Assembly: GCF_000142905.1 (NCBI RefSeq)
Contig: NW_013657663.1
Location: forward strand, 186,001-250,000
DNA from: Thecamonas trahens ATCC 50062
Lineage: Eukaryota; Protista; Apusomonadida
DNA: 64,000 nucleotides
Direction of reading: 5' to 3'
Positions 32,679 through 43,737 of this stretch are shown here, in pieces. Numbering within the stretch: the stretch's first letter is position 1; each line of letters starts with the position of its first letter. The notes beneath the pieces were generated by a model. That model saw only the letters and a list, made by a program, of their open reading frames with translations, was not told the DNA's origin and searched no databases. A program made the position numbers and the translations under genes.

Positions 32679-35600
32679 ATGCTGCGCCGGAGCGGGAGCT
32701 CGGCAGCTAGGAGCAGGACGGGGAGCAAGGCGGGGACAGGGATGGTTGGAAGCAAGCGGAGCAGGCGACATGCGAGTAGGTTGGGCGGGAGCGGGCAGTC
32801 GCTGGAGAGCATGCTGCCGAACGAGCTGCGGTCGGTGGTGCGGCATGTGGCGGTGGCGCTCTCATCGGGCTCGGCCGCCCACGGTGTGGTCGTCTCAGGC
32901 CTGGTTGGCGACGTGCTCGCGGCCATCATTGATGCGCGCGACATGCTGGCACTGCCGGATGGGATTGACGCGCTGCTGCGGGCGATGGTGGCGGCGGTTC
33001 AGCGGGCGCTCCCTGGCGGCTCAAGATACACGCTGGTCGAGGAAGACAGCCTCCGTGCTCGTGCCCGGCCGCTCATGGCTCAGCTCAAGCACCTGCACAG
33101 CACAGAACTCTCTTCGTTTGTCGACGCAGAAATTCCTCTGGTGCGCCGGCCTTCAGCGACACGTAGTGGCGCGCCGGTTCTTACCAAGCACGACCTGGAG
33201 CTTGCACGGGCCGCGATTGTCGACGCGGGCGTCGAGCTGTTGAGCAACGCACAGGCTATGATGGCTGAGGTCGATGCGGCTGTGGCGAGCGAGCGCGGGC
33301 GAGCGGCACTCTTGCTGAAGTCGTCGTCTGAGGTCATCTCGACGCTTGAGGCCCGTGAGCAGGCGTCGCGGTCACTGGTGGCTCTTGTCGAGCCGCTCGT
33401 CGAGGCGCTGACGACAACGATTGACGCCTTCTCGGCGCTGGTTGTCTTTGTGGAGGCTTGGAAGGCAGCAACACCGAGCTCTGTCCTGGACTCGTTGTGG
33501 ACAAGCTCTGCAGCGCTGGACGCTTTGATTCCTGCGTTTGGCCCTGCGCTTGGGTCGACGACAACGTCGCGCTCACTCGACGCGCTGCTCCGTACCTCCA
33601 GCAGCGTCATCGACGAGGCGCGGACTGCAGTAGCCAACTCGACACGTGTGGTGGATGATGCGACCTTCAATGTGGCGACCGGGCTCGACGCTCACTCTGT
33701 CGGTCACCTCAAACATGCGTACCACCTCGCATCGGACGAGTGCTACTCACGACCGCAACTGGAGGAATTGGAGATCAACTACCACGCGCGACTCGCGGCG
33801 GCGGCGAACGAGATCAAATCGCTGCAAGCGCAGCTTCGGCGGGCATCGCTGGGAGTCGGCGGCAACAACGAGGACAGACGGAGCTCGAGCGAGGGGCTGG
33901 CGCCGAGCGGAAGCTCGACCGAAAAGCTCCTCGCTCCTTATGTGGAGCGGGAGCACGCGCTGCGCGCGCAGCTCGAGTACTTGAAGCGGGTTGTGGAAGC
34001 TGGCACCAACGGGACCGACCCCCTGGCGGCCGAGGAGGCGGTTGCGTTCTCGGCGCGAGTGGCGAGCGCGGCCCGCGACATGGCACAGCACATGATGGCC
34101 GACTCGGGCGTGCGGTACACCGAAGACGATCTTATGGAGCTGTACAACCACTTTCAGGGGCGGCAGGCGGCGCTGGAGACGCGGGTGTCCGAGCTGGAAG
34201 AGGCTGAGCGCGAGCTGGCCGAACACAAGCGACGGGCGGCGGGGATGGAGGGTGTGTCGGCGGCGCGACTGGAAACAGCGCTCCGACAGCTGCTTGACAA
34301 GTACAACCGGTACCGGGCCAAGTCCAAGGCCAAGCTGGCAAGCATGAAGCGGCTCTCACTCGAGGCGTACTCCAAGCTGCATCGCAAGCACAAGAAGGAG
34401 CTGGCGCGAGCAAAAGCGACAGCGCTCATGCGCGAAGACGAGCTGCGAGCGCAGCTCACGTTTGCGTACAACGAGCGTGACGCCATCCTCACCGCCCATG
34501 ACGAGGCGCAGCAGAGGGCAGCTGACGAGCGGGCTGCGCGGCAGGCTGAGCGGCAGAAGCGCAAGACCAAGGAGGCGACCATGGCGAGCTTGAAAGATCA
34601 GCTCAAGTCGACCGCTGCAGCCGCGTCACAGTCGGCTGAGCTGGCGGCGGCGGTGAAGAACTTTACCGCGCTCTCAGCCGAGTACGAGTCACAGATTGCC
34701 GAAGCCGACGCCACCATTGATGCGCTCTCCGAAGAGAAGGCTGCGCTCCAGGCTGCGCTGCAGCAGGCGACAGCAGCCATCGATCGCGAGCGCGCGACGC
34801 GGGCGCAGCTGTCGCGGCACGCCAATGAGTCGGCGGCGTCGGTGGCAGCGCTAGCCGAAGTCGAGGATGCGCTGCAGGCCAAGACCAATGAGCTGAAGCG
34901 GGCCGAAGCTTCCAAGCGTGAGCTTGCCGGCAAGCTTCACGCTGTGGCGGAGGCCATGCAGGATCTGGAGACGCAGGTCACCGATGCCGTTGCCGAGGCG
35001 GAGGCTCGTACCCACGAGCGCGACGACATCGCCAAAAAACTTCGCACCGCCATGGAGCAGCTTGTAGTTGCCTCCAAGCGGGTAGATGCCCTTGAAGAGC
35101 TGCTGGCGCAGCAGGGATCCGCCGACGATGCCGGCCTAGCTGCCGCGCTCGCCAAAGCACAAAGCGCGCGTGACGAACTCGAGATCGAGTTGACGCAGCG
35201 CAACCACGAGCTGGCCATAGCGCGGGACGACGCTGCCCGTGCACAGGCCGACGCCGACGCGCGGCCGACGGCCGACGCGATCGCTGAGCTCAAGAAGAGC
35301 GTCCGCGAGCTGGAGGCCAAAGTCGAGGAGAGTCGCCAGCGGGCGCAAGATGCTGACGAGGCACATGTTGCTAGAGTTGGTGAGCTCGAGGCGCAGCTGG
35401 CAGCGGCCGAGGCCGCAGCGGTCAATGCGGACAGGGTTGATGGCGAGGTTGTTCCGGCGAGCGAGATGGAAGCACTCAAGGCTCAGCTGGCAGCGGCCGA
35501 GGCCGCAGCGGCCAATGCGGACGGGGTTGATGGCGAGGTTGTTCCGGCGAGCGAGATGGAAGCACTCAAGGCTCAGCTGGCAGCGGCCGAGGCCGCAGCG

Positions 35601-38525
35601 GCCGATGCGGACGGGGTTGATGGCGAGGTTGTTCCGGCGAGCGAGATGGAAGCACTCAAGGCTCAGCTGGCAGCGGCCGAGGCCGCAGCGGCCGATGCGG
35701 ACGGGGTTGATGGCGAGGTGGCGGAGGCGCTTCAGGCGCGCCTCGACGAGCAGACCCAGGAATGTACTCGGCTCGAGGCCGAGGTCGCTGCACTGGCATC
35801 CGAGCGCGATGAACTGAAGGCGCGGATTGTCGAGCTAGAGAAGGAGTTGACAACCAAGGGCGAGAACGATGTCGAGGCTGTCAATGATGCCGAGCTGGTG
35901 GCCGAGATGGAAAAGGTGAAAAAGTCCATGGCCATGAAGAACAAGATCATTGTGGATCGCGACAAAAAGCTGGCCGAGGCGACCAAGGAGTTGGATAAGG
36001 TGAAAGGTATGCTAGAGGCTGCGCAGCAGCAAGCAGCTGCCGCACGGGAAGACGCCGCCAAGGCCAAGAAGGCGCTAGCCGAAGCGCCGTCAGCAGCGAC
36101 AGGCGACATCAGCGCGTCGGCAAACGACAATGCAAGCGGACCGCCTCCACCAGCACCACCGGGCGGGCCACCGCCGCCTCCACCGCCGCCACCGGGCGGG
36201 GCACCACCGCCGCCGCCGCCACCTCCACCGGGTGGGGCGCCGCCGCCACCACCACCGATGCCTGGAGGCGGACCGCCGCCACCACCACCGATGCCCGGAG
36301 GTGGACCGCCGCCGCCACCGCCGATGCCCGGAGGTGGACCGCCGCCACCTCCGCCACCTCCTGGTGGAGGCCCGCCGCCACCTCCACCGCCGCCTGGTGG
36401 AGGCCCGCCGCCTCCGCCGCCTCCTGGCGGCATGCCCCGGGTACCAGCCGCGCCACAGATTGGGGCTGAGTTTCGGACCGGTGGGCCGCTGCCAAAGCGG
36501 CCCAAGAAGAAGCCGCGGGTCAAGATGAAGGGCTTCAACGTGGCCAAGATCAACACCAACAAGATCAAACCTACGAGCTTTTGGTACAAGGCAGACGACA
36601 CCAAGATTAAGGTCGACGCCGACGAAATCGAGAATCTGTTCGCAGCCAAAGTGTCAGCGCCGGCGGCGAGCGGCGCTAGCGCCAGCGCATCCAAAAAGCC
36701 GACGGTGGTGACGCTGCTGGACCCGCAGCGGTCGCAGAACCTAGGCATTGCGTTGGCACGGTTCAAGATGAAGCCGCAGCAAATCTGCGACGCCATTCTT
36801 TCGATGGATACCGAAGCGCTCTCGCTCAACCAGATCAACTCACTGCTGCGCAATGTGCCGACGTCGGAGGAGATGGGCGAGCTAGAGGGCTACGATGGCG
36901 ACCGGGCACTGCTCGCGCCGGCAGAAGCGTTCCTCATTGAGACACTCAGTATTTCGCACTATGCGTCGCGGCTGGAGGCATTCCAGTTCCGGCTCAAGTT
37001 CAAGGAGCGGCTGGACGAGCTGTTGCCGGACCTCAACGCCATCACTACGGCGTCCGAGGCCATCAAAGACTCGGCAGCGTTCAAGCGGGTGCTCGAGCAC
37101 ACACTAGCGCTGTCCAATTACCTCAATGGGGGAGGCTTCCGTGGTGAGCTGTATGGCTTCCAGCTGAGCTCGCTGCCCAAGCTGCGTGACACGCGGTCGT
37201 CTGCGCGCCCGGGCTACACCTTGCTCCACTACCTCGTCGACCGGATGACCGAGCTGGACTCGGCGGACGAAGTGAGCAAGGCCATCGACGACCTCAAGAG
37301 CTGCGAGGCTGCGGCCAAAATCTCGCTGGAGACGACGATGACTGAGACCAAGAAGCTGGTGGCTAAGTTTGAAGAGGTGGCTGGCTACGTGGCGACATTT
37401 GAGGAAGAGGGCGTCAAAGACTCGGACAAGGACAACTTTATCGAGTCGATGGGCGCGTTCCGCGACGTGGCACAGGCCGAGCTCGACGAGGCCGTCGCCG
37501 AGATGGCGCAGGCTGAGATGCTGTTCAAGGAGACGCTCGAGTGGTACTCAGAGTCGCCCAAGACCTCCAACGAGGAGTTCTTCGGCATGCTCTCCGAGTT
37601 TGGAAAGGACATGGAGGAGGCGCGCAAGGAGATTGCTAGCCTTAAGCGCAAGGCTGAGCTGGCTAAGAAGCGCGAGCAGGAAGCCAAGGAGAAGGCCGAG
37701 CGCGGCGAGACCGAGCCTGCGGCTGCCAAGGAGAAGGCCAAGCCGCGTTTTGGCAAGCCACCTGGCGAGGCGCCCAAGGTCTCGCAGGCGGCGCTGATGG
37801 GCGATCTCGCTGGCGCTCTCTCGTTCGGACGCGGAAGAGGGCGTGGGCGCGGACGTGGGCGCGGCGGTGGAAGGGGCGGTGGGCGCGGGCGCGGCGGGCC
37901 GGCGTCTGATGAGGAAAAGCCGGGCTCGTGCCACGCCGACGGCTGTGACTGTGACATGTTCCGGGTCTCCCCGTTTGGCCGCAAAAAGGACGCTTGTGTC
38001 GATTGCGGGCACACCAAGAGTGACCACCTAGAGAAGAAGGCCGAGGTGGCCGAAGCAAGAGCGGGTGCTACTTCAAGCAACGAGTCTGTCGAAAAGGGGC
38101 CTTCCGATGACGTAGGACCCCCAGCCGCGCCCTCACCCAAACCTGAAGCCAGCGACGATGCCGACACTATTGCAACATCACCGGCGCCTCCAAAGTCATC
38201 GCCCGAGCCGGTACCCGAGCCGGTACCCGAGCCGGTACCCGAGCCGGTACCCGAGCCGGTACCCGAGCCGGTACCCGAGCCGGTACCCGAGCCGGTACCC
38301 GAGCCGGTGCCCGAGCCGGTGCCCGAGCCATCGCCAGCGGCGCCAGCCGAGTCAGCAGTAGCGGCGACGCCACCACCCCAGCCGGCGGACGCCGGCATGG
38401 CGGCGCTGCTGGCTCAGCTCGATGCTGCGGCTGCCAAGCCGGCAGCGGGCGAGGACGAGTCGGACGACGAGTCGGACATCGACCTCGCCAACTTGATCAA
38501 CGGGCTCGAATCGTCAGACGAGTAA
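32679..38525 (+). CDS. Formin (long coiled coil, FH1, FH2, RG-rich segment, Cys/His motif, PEPV repeat)
   Basis: Poly-Pro FH1 at ~36140-36425; FH2 motifs LLDPQRSQNLGIAL, LAPAEAFL, NYLNGG..YGFQLSSLPKLRDTRS, TLLHYL, EEFFGML. Confidence 0.93.
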   Translation: MLRRSGSSAARSRTGSKAGTGMVGSKRSRRHASRLGGSGQSLESMLPNELRSVVRHVAVALSSGSAAHGVVVSGLVGDVLAAIIDARDMLALPDGIDALLRAMVAAVQRALPGGSRYTLVEEDSLRARARPLMAQLKHLHSTELSSFVDAEIPLVRRPSATRSGAPVLTKHDLELARAAIVDAGVELLSNAQAMMAEVDAAVASERGRAALLLKSSSEVISTLEAREQASRSLVALVEPLVEALTTTIDAFSALVVFVEAWKAATPSSVLDSLWTSSAALDALIPAFGPALGSTTTSRSLDALLRTSSSVIDEARTAVANSTRVVDDATFNVATGLDAHSVGHLKHAYHLASDECYSRPQLEELEINYHARLAAAANEIKSLQAQLRRASLGVGGNNEDRRSSSEGLAPSGSSTEKLLAPYVEREHALRAQLEYLKRVVEAGTNGTDPLAAEEAVAFSARVASAARDMAQHMMADSGVRYTEDDLMELYNHFQGRQAALETRVSELEEAERELAEHKRRAAGMEGVSAARLETALRQLLDKYNRYRAKSKAKLASMKRLSLEAYSKLHRKHKKELARAKATALMREDELRAQLTFAYNERDAILTAHDEAQQRAADERAARQAERQKRKTKEATMASLKDQLKSTAAAASQSAELAAAVKNFTALSAEYESQIAEADATIDALSEEKAALQAALQQATAAIDRERATRAQLSRHANESAASVAALAEVEDALQAKTNELKRAEASKRELAGKLHAVAEAMQDLETQVTDAVAEAEARTHERDDIAKKLRTAMEQLVVASKRVDALEELLAQQGSADDAGLAAALAKAQSARDELEIELTQRNHELAIARDDAARAQADADARPTADAIAELKKSVRELEAKVEESRQRAQDADEAHVARVGELEAQLAAAEAAAVNADRVDGEVVPASEMEALKAQLAAAEAAAANADGVDGEVVPASEMEALKAQLAAAEAAAADADGVDGEVVPASEMEALKAQLAAAEAAAADADGVDGEVAEALQARLDEQTQECTRLEAEVAALASERDELKARIVELEKELTTKGENDVEAVNDAELVAEMEKVKKSMAMKNKIIVDRDKKLAEATKELDKVKGMLEAAQQQAAAAREDAAKAKKALAEAPSAATGDISASANDNASGPPPPAPPGGPPPPPPPPPGGAPPPPPPPPPGGAPPPPPPMPGGGPPPPPPMPGGGPPPPPPMPGGGPPPPPPPPGGGPPPPPPPPGGGPPPPPPPGGMPRVPAAPQIGAEFRTGGPLPKRPKKKPRVKMKGFNVAKINTNKIKPTSFWYKADDTKIKVDADEIENLFAAKVSAPAASGASASASKKPTVVTLLDPQRSQNLGIALARFKMKPQQICDAILSMDTEALSLNQINSLLRNVPTSEEMGELEGYDGDRALLAPAEAFLIETLSISHYASRLEAFQFRLKFKERLDELLPDLNAITTASEAIKDSAAFKRVLEHTLALSNYLNGGGFRGELYGFQLSSLPKLRDTRSSARPGYTLLHYLVDRMTELDSADEVSKAIDDLKSCEAAAKISLETTMTETKKLVAKFEEVAGYVATFEEEGVKDSDKDNFIESMGAFRDVAQAELDEAVAEMAQAEMLFKETLEWYSESPKTSNEEFFGMLSEFGKDMEEARKEIASLKRKAELAKKREQEAKEKAERGETEPAAAKEKAKPRFGKPPGEAPKVSQAALMGDLAGALSFGRGRGRGRGRGRGGGRGGGRGRGGPASDEEKPGSCHADGCDCDMFRVSPFGRKKDACVDCGHTKSDHLEKKAEVAEARAGATSSNESVEKGPSDDVGPPAAPSPKPEASDDADTIATSPAPPKSSPEPVPEPVPEPVPEPVPEPVPEPVPEPVPEPVPEPVPEPVPEPSPAAPAESAVAATPPPQPADAGMAALLAQLDAAAAKPAAGEDESDDESDIDLANLINGLESSDE
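35391..35719 (+). repeat. Intragenic 90-nt tandem repeat, ~3.6 copies (AQLAAAEAAAADADGVDGEVVPASEMEALK)
   Basis: Near-identical units start at 35391, 35481, 35571 and 35661. Confidence 0.92.
38202..38330 (+). repeat. 12-nt tandem repeat (CCCGAGCCGGTA) encoding (PEPV)10
   Basis: Directly visible. Confidence 0.92.
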
Positions 38526-38535
38526 AGACAGTAGG

Positions 38536-40047
38536 TTACAGAAACTCAAAGTCGTCGTCTTCCCACGAGGTATTCCCACCCGAGAGCGATTGCGACGGCG
38601 GCGGGGCGGACGAGCATGCTGCCGGCGGATAGCCCGGCGCGTCACCGGGCACAACTGAGAACATCGAGACACCGGCAGTGGCGTTGAGAGCATCGAGGCG
38701 AGCTAAGAGGTCATGGAGCGAGTTCAGGTCGCGGCAAAGAAAGCAGAGCGCCATCGAAGGGTCAATCTTGGACAGCGGCATCGAGCGAGGCGTGAGGCAC
38801 TGGTAGGAGAAGGCCGACTGGGGGTTGCCATGCTCGACATGCGCCACCGGCTGGACAGAGTGCGGATCGAGGTAGATGAGATTGTCGCCCTGGACGCCAA
38901 CAAAGAAGAGCGCGCCCTTGGGCTTGCCGCCGAGCACGCCGACGGTCTGCGGGAACTCAAAGACGGCTTTGAGCGGCTCGTGATAGACCTCTGACAGCTG
39001 CTCGAGGCCGAGGCGGACAGGGACCAGCAGGAGTAGCGGCCGCCAGTTGTCAGCCGTGGTCGGCAAGCCCGCGGCCGAGCCGGAGCTCCTCGCGACGTAG
39101 TCCAGTCCTGGACTTAGCGTGGGCATCTCGGGATAGAGGCTTGATGGCCCGGCGGCGGCGGCCTGATCGAGCGCCTCGCACGAGACGGCCGGGGAGATCG
39201 GCGGCGTCGTCGAGGTGGCGCGGACAATGCCGGCGGTATCACTGGAGACGCCAGCCGGGTCGACATGCGGCAGGTCCGGAACGCCGTCGGAGGCGCGCGA
39301 CGAGCCCGGGGCGACGAGCCACATGGTGGCGTCGAGCGGATCAGACTCACCGACTGGCGCAGTGCAGCTCGCAACAAGACGGCGAAGATAGACGGTGGCG
39401 TCGTAGGCAACAACCATGGCGAGATTACCGGGTGCGTGAGCGTTGACCAGGTACCGCATACAGTTGCCGATGGTGGTCGGCGCAAACCACTCGCCGATGT
39501 TGAGCCCGAGCCTGCAGCCGAGCCAAGCAAAGTGGTGGATGGCGTATGGAGTGGCCGGCGAGGGCACGTCGGCAAACCATGAGAGGATATCGTAGTATGC
39601 GTCCGGAAGCGCAGCAAGAGAGGCAGGGCCGGCCGATGCGGCGATGGCCTCGAGCTCGGCGTCGTCCAAGACGCGAGCGGCTGTGAGGCGGGCAGCAAAG
39701 GTTTCGGGCGGGATAACCCAGTCGTCGCCAAGAAGAAGGCGAACAAGCGCCTGCGCGAGCGCCATCTGACCGACGCGGAGCATGCAGCCCCAGCCGACAT
39801 CAGATGATTGCGGCGAGGGCTCAATGGGGGCAAAGCCGCGGCGGTAGGTGACCCAAGGCGTGGAGCAGATGACTCGGAGCAGCGGCGGGGAGTGGGGCTG
39901 AGGCTCAGCTGGCGGCGGATAGCGGCGGCCCAGGAGGACATACGGGCTGTCTGGGTCGAGCGCCACACCCTTTGCCGCCGTCATCTTGTTGTACAGCGCT
40001 GCAGCCTTGTTCGACTTGGCCACGACCGCCGACACCAGCTTCATCAT
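38536..40047 (-). CDS. ATG4: Autophagy cysteine protease ATG4
   Basis: WVTYRRGF..SDVGWGCMLRVGQMALAQAL, GEWFAPT, PVRLG, GGKP, YLDPH, DPSMALCF, C-terminal LIR EDDDFEFL. Confidence 0.95.
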   Translation of the reverse strand: MMKLVSAVVAKSNKAAALYNKMTAAKGVALDPDSPYVLLGRRYPPPAEPQPHSPPLLRVICSTPWVTYRRGFAPIEPSPQSSDVGWGCMLRVGQMALAQALVRLLLGDDWVIPPETFAARLTAARVLDDAELEAIAASAGPASLAALPDAYYDILSWFADVPSPATPYAIHHFAWLGCRLGLNIGEWFAPTTIGNCMRYLVNAHAPGNLAMVVAYDATVYLRRLVASCTAPVGESDPLDATMWLVAPGSSRASDGVPDLPHVDPAGVSSDTAGIVRATSTTPPISPAVSCEALDQAAAAGPSSLYPEMPTLSPGLDYVARSSGSAAGLPTTADNWRPLLLLVPVRLGLEQLSEVYHEPLKAVFEFPQTVGVLGGKPKGALFFVGVQGDNLIYLDPHSVQPVAHVEHGNPQSAFSYQCLTPRSMPLSKIDPSMALCFLCRDLNSLHDLLARLDALNATAGVSMFSVVPGDAPGYPPAACSSAPPPSQSLSGGNTSWEDDDFEFL

Positions 40048-40666
40048 GGAGACCGCGGGAGGGAGAGGGGGGAAGGGGGGAGGGCGGAGGGAAGAGAGGC
40101 GGGCTTCCTCGGAACCTTACTCGGCACAAGCAGGCGCCAAGAACAGGTGCAGGGTGTGTGGGAGGCTGGCGCGGTGCAAGAGTCCGACCAAGCCGCCAAA
40201 CCCAAGTGGCGTGTGCGTGTCGTCGTCGTCTCGTCGCCAGCAAAGTGTGACTGCCGCGCCTCACCGCATCGCACCGCATCCGATCGAGAGGAAGAATGTG
40301 GGTGGGGGGGGGGGGGGGGGGGGGTGGTGGTGGGTGGTGGTGGTGGTGGTGGATGAATTCGNNNNNNNNNNNNNNNNNNNNNNNNNNNNNNNNNNNNNNN
40401 NNNNNNNNNNNNNNNNNNNNNNNNNNNNNNNNNNNNNNNNNNNNNNNNNNNNNNNNNNNNNCCAAGTTGGGGGGCGGGGGATCATGGGCTACAGATAATA
40501 GTTTGGGTTTTCGATATCGATGTATTTTTTGGGGGGCATGGGACATGCTGCTGCTTTTCGGATGTTTCCCCCCTCCCCCTCGACTACCCCCCCCCCCCCC
40601 CCCCCCCCCTCACCTCTCGGCCCACGGCCCACACTCCGTCTGCGGCACCCACTCGACTGAGAGACC

Positions 40667-41767
40667 ATGGGCACAGCGTGCTCGTGCTGCCGCAGCAGGC
40701 GACGGGAGCTGCAGCTGAAGTTTGGGGCGATGACGCAGACCGGGGCCCGGGCGGTGAATGAGGACGTGTTCTCGGTGGTAGCGGCTCTGCCACTGCCCGG
40801 GAGGTGGCGAGCGGCGAACGGTGCGGGTGGCCTCCGGGTCCGCCCAAGCCTCTTTGCGGTTTACGACGGTCATCGCGGGCCGAGCGCCGCTCGCTTTGCC
40901 CGCGGGTACATGCCATCGGTGGTGGCGCGTGCGCTGGCGGCGATGCCGTCGCGGGTCCGCCAAGCGCTGGCTGGCGCCCGCCCGGTCGACGACGACGACG
41001 CGGTGGTGCTCGGGGAGGCCATGCGGGACGCGTTTGTCGCTACTGATGGAGCGTGGCTTGCCCACGCCCGTCGGCAGTCACCGCCGCTCTCAGACGGATG
41101 TACCGCGTCGGTGGCGCTGGTAGCTCCCGGTGCCATCGTCGCTGCCGCTGTCGGCGACTCGCAGATCCTGCTTGTGACGGTCGATGAAGCCGAGGCTGGA
41201 GCCTCGGGCTCGAGCTCCGACTGGGGCTCCTACGATGACGACGTACTGAGCGTCTCGTCGTGGATCTCGATGAGCTCGGGCAATAGACCAATGCAGCCAC
41301 TACCAGGCTACGGGACTCGAAGCTGGCGAGCGGAGCTGGTTACGCCACAGCACAAGGCACGCGATGTTGGCGAGCGCAAGCGGGTCCTCGCCGCTGGCGC
41401 CACAATCAACGGCCCATACATCGGCGCCGAAAGCACCTCGCGGGCCATTGCGGTATCGCGGGCGTTTGGTGACATCGAGCTGAAAATCCCACGCGGTGCG
41501 CCGCCGGAGGAGCTCATCATTTCGCCGATTCCGGCAGTGTACACCCGCCCGCTGGACGGGACCGAGGCCATGCTGATTGTCGCGTCCGACGGGGTGTGGG
41601 ACAAACTTTCGCCGGCCAAGGCGGCGTACCTGGCGGCGGCGTCGCTGTTGCGGGATCCGTCGCTCTCCCAAGCCGCGGCGGAGGTGACCAGCGCAGCGAT
41701 TGCCGCCGGCTCGTCGGATAATGTGACGGCGGTCGTCGTCGTCTTTGGCAAGCAGAACCACGAGTAG
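40667..41767 (+). CDS. PP2C/PPM phosphatase with N-terminal acylation motif
   Basis: NED, FAVYDGHRG, DGCTA, VGDS, AVSRAFGD, IVASDGVWD, GSSDNVT; starts MGTACSCC. Confidence 0.92.
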   Translation: MGTACSCCRSRRRELQLKFGAMTQTGARAVNEDVFSVVAALPLPGRWRAANGAGGLRVRPSLFAVYDGHRGPSAARFARGYMPSVVARALAAMPSRVRQALAGARPVDDDDAVVLGEAMRDAFVATDGAWLAHARRQSPPLSDGCTASVALVAPGAIVAAAVGDSQILLVTVDEAEAGASGSSSDWGSYDDDVLSVSSWISMSSGNRPMQPLPGYGTRSWRAELVTPQHKARDVGERKRVLAAGATINGPYIGAESTSRAIAVSRAFGDIELKIPRGAPPEELIISPIPAVYTRPLDGTEAMLIVASDGVWDKLSPAKAAYLAAASLLRDPSLSQAAAEVTSAAIAAGSSDNVTAVVVVFGKQNHE

Positions 41768-41809
41768 AGGACGTGTGTTATTCGAGAGAAAGAGCGATGC
41801 TCCCCTGGC

Positions 41810-42410
41810 CTACGACTCGAGAAGGAGCGTGACGACGTCATTGATGTCGATAAAGCCGGCCGAGTCGACGGAGATCGACGAGAAGAACTCGTCAACCTCG
41901 GACGACGAGAGCTTGAGTCCGGCCTTGAGCAGAAGCATCTCGAGCGCGTCGGCATCGAGCTTGCCGGTCTCCGGCCGAGGGCCAGGTCCGCCACCCACAA
42001 GCTCCTCCCGGCCCTGGTTGCGGTCGAGCGTGGCGAGCGCCGCAAAGAGCGAGTCCTTGTTGACAAAGCCCGCCATCCGCGAGTCGATCATCGTCACAAA
42101 CTTGTTAAAGTCGATCTTGGACGCGCCGTTCGATGCCTCGTCCCACATCTCGGCCAGCTCCGACGAGCCCTTGCGGCATCCAAACGTCGAGCACGCGTTC
42201 TTCACGTCCGCCTGCGTCACAAAGCCGTCGTTGTCCTCATCAAGCGCCTTGAACAGCGACTACTCCCACGCGCCGTCTCCCAAGTTGTGAGTCCCTCGCA
42301 CAAGCCGCAAGCATGCATGCGCCTTCCTCCCTCCCTCCCTCCCTCCCCTCCCTCCCTCCCCCCCCTCGCCTCTGACTTACCTTGTACTCTTGGATGTTGC
42401 TCATCGACAT
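41810..42410 (-). CDS. Myosin regulatory light chain-like EF-hand protein; exons 42410-42381 and 42259-41810
   Basis: MSMSNIQEYK|SLFKALDEDNDGFVTQADV..IDFNKFVTM..EVDEFF; GTAAGT donor and GAGTAG acceptor in frame. Confidence 0.82.
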
Positions 42411-43086
42411 AGTGTCCTGTCCGTCTCCCTCGCCCAGGTGTGAGTCTCCCCCTTTGCCCTTTCCCCCTCGTTCCCAACGGCAGGCGAGCCACCGGCGCCG
42501 CATGAGCGCAAAAAAAGAAAGCACACTACCCTGGCTACAGACGGCTTGCTCCTCATAGCTACGCCTTGTACAGCCGGAGCAAGCAAGATGACAATGCCAT
42601 CGATGCCTCCACCCCTCCCTCCACCCACCCACGTTCATCTCCCCCATCCAGCGTTCCATGAAGGAAGCACTGACTCCCCCCCTCCCCCCATGCGGCAACA
42701 ATGCACCTGTGCAGGCCGAGTGCCAGGCACCTGCGAATTCGCCCGAAATGCCATCACCAGCCATGAGCGACATGGGCTCGGCACGGGGGGGGCAAGAGCG
42801 GCACCACCCATACAGAGTTGCGACAACCAGTCCCTTCATTCCCTCTCCACCCCTTCGTTCCCTCGACACTTCTCATATCTCGCTCTCATCTTCCGTTCTC
42901 CTGTGCGTACGTCGTTGGTGATGCCGAAAGACGCACGGCGCTTCTTCCGTCCCGACATGGTCTCTGTGCGGTGTTTTCGTGGTCAAGTGGCTGTTGCCGC
43001 CAACGAGCTTGCTTTGCCAGAAGTCACCTTTTCCTGTCATGCACGCACCGAGCCACGGGCACGGGGCATGGATCCCGTGGCAAGCC

Positions 43087-43737
43087 ATGAGTAATGGAAC
43101 AGTCACCACAAAGCTGACGTTGTCAAAGGTACTACATTGACAACATGTTGTGTGTGTCGGTGATTCCTCAGGAATGGACAGGGCTGCTGCAGTGTTGACC
43201 TTGGCTGCGGGGGGCGGCGATGGTGACGTTGGTGGGAAGGACGGAGAAGAAGTTCGCTCGGGCGGCCGAGTTTGTGGCCACTGCGGCGACCGAAGGAGCC
43301 AACGGCGAGGTATAGACCGCGGTGCTGGACATCATGGATGCTGCAGCGGCGGAAGCATACTTTGATGGCGTGGAGGACCGGACGATCAACCACCTGACCA
43401 TCACGGCTGAGCCGTCCAACTCGACCGGTTCGAATGGGGGGGGGAGGGTTGTGAGGGCAATACCGGCCGACGAACCCGGCTCGAGATCAAGCTCGTGGCG
43501 CAGCTGACAGTGACAGTGGTCTCGTTTGCTGCTGATAAGCTTGCCGAGGGCGGCTTGATCGTCCTCATCTCGGGTGACCTCGTCAAGCGGCCTGGGAAAG
43601 GCTAGACGGCTTTAGCTCACAGCTTCCAATCGGGCGCGGCGGGCGACATGGGCCATGCCATCATACTCTTCCTCACCAACACGTACGTCGCCGGCGTAAC
43701 CATTGATATCGATGATGGCGCTCTCACCCACCCATGA
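43087..43737 (+). pseudogene. Decayed short-chain dehydrogenase (SDR) pseudogene
   Basis: Stitched translation LH*QHVVCVGDSSGMDRAAA..(fs)MVTLVGRTEKKFARAAE..V*TAVLDIMD..INHLTITA..GGLIVLISG..RPGKG*..DMGHAIILFLTNTYVAGVTIDIDDG. Stops at 43138, 43313 and 43603, plus frameshifts and an internal deletion. Confidence 0.72.

Noticed and set aside
35391-35719. Direct repeats as a possible CRISPR array
   Set aside because: In-frame head-to-tail coding repeats without unique spacers, in eukaryotic DNA.
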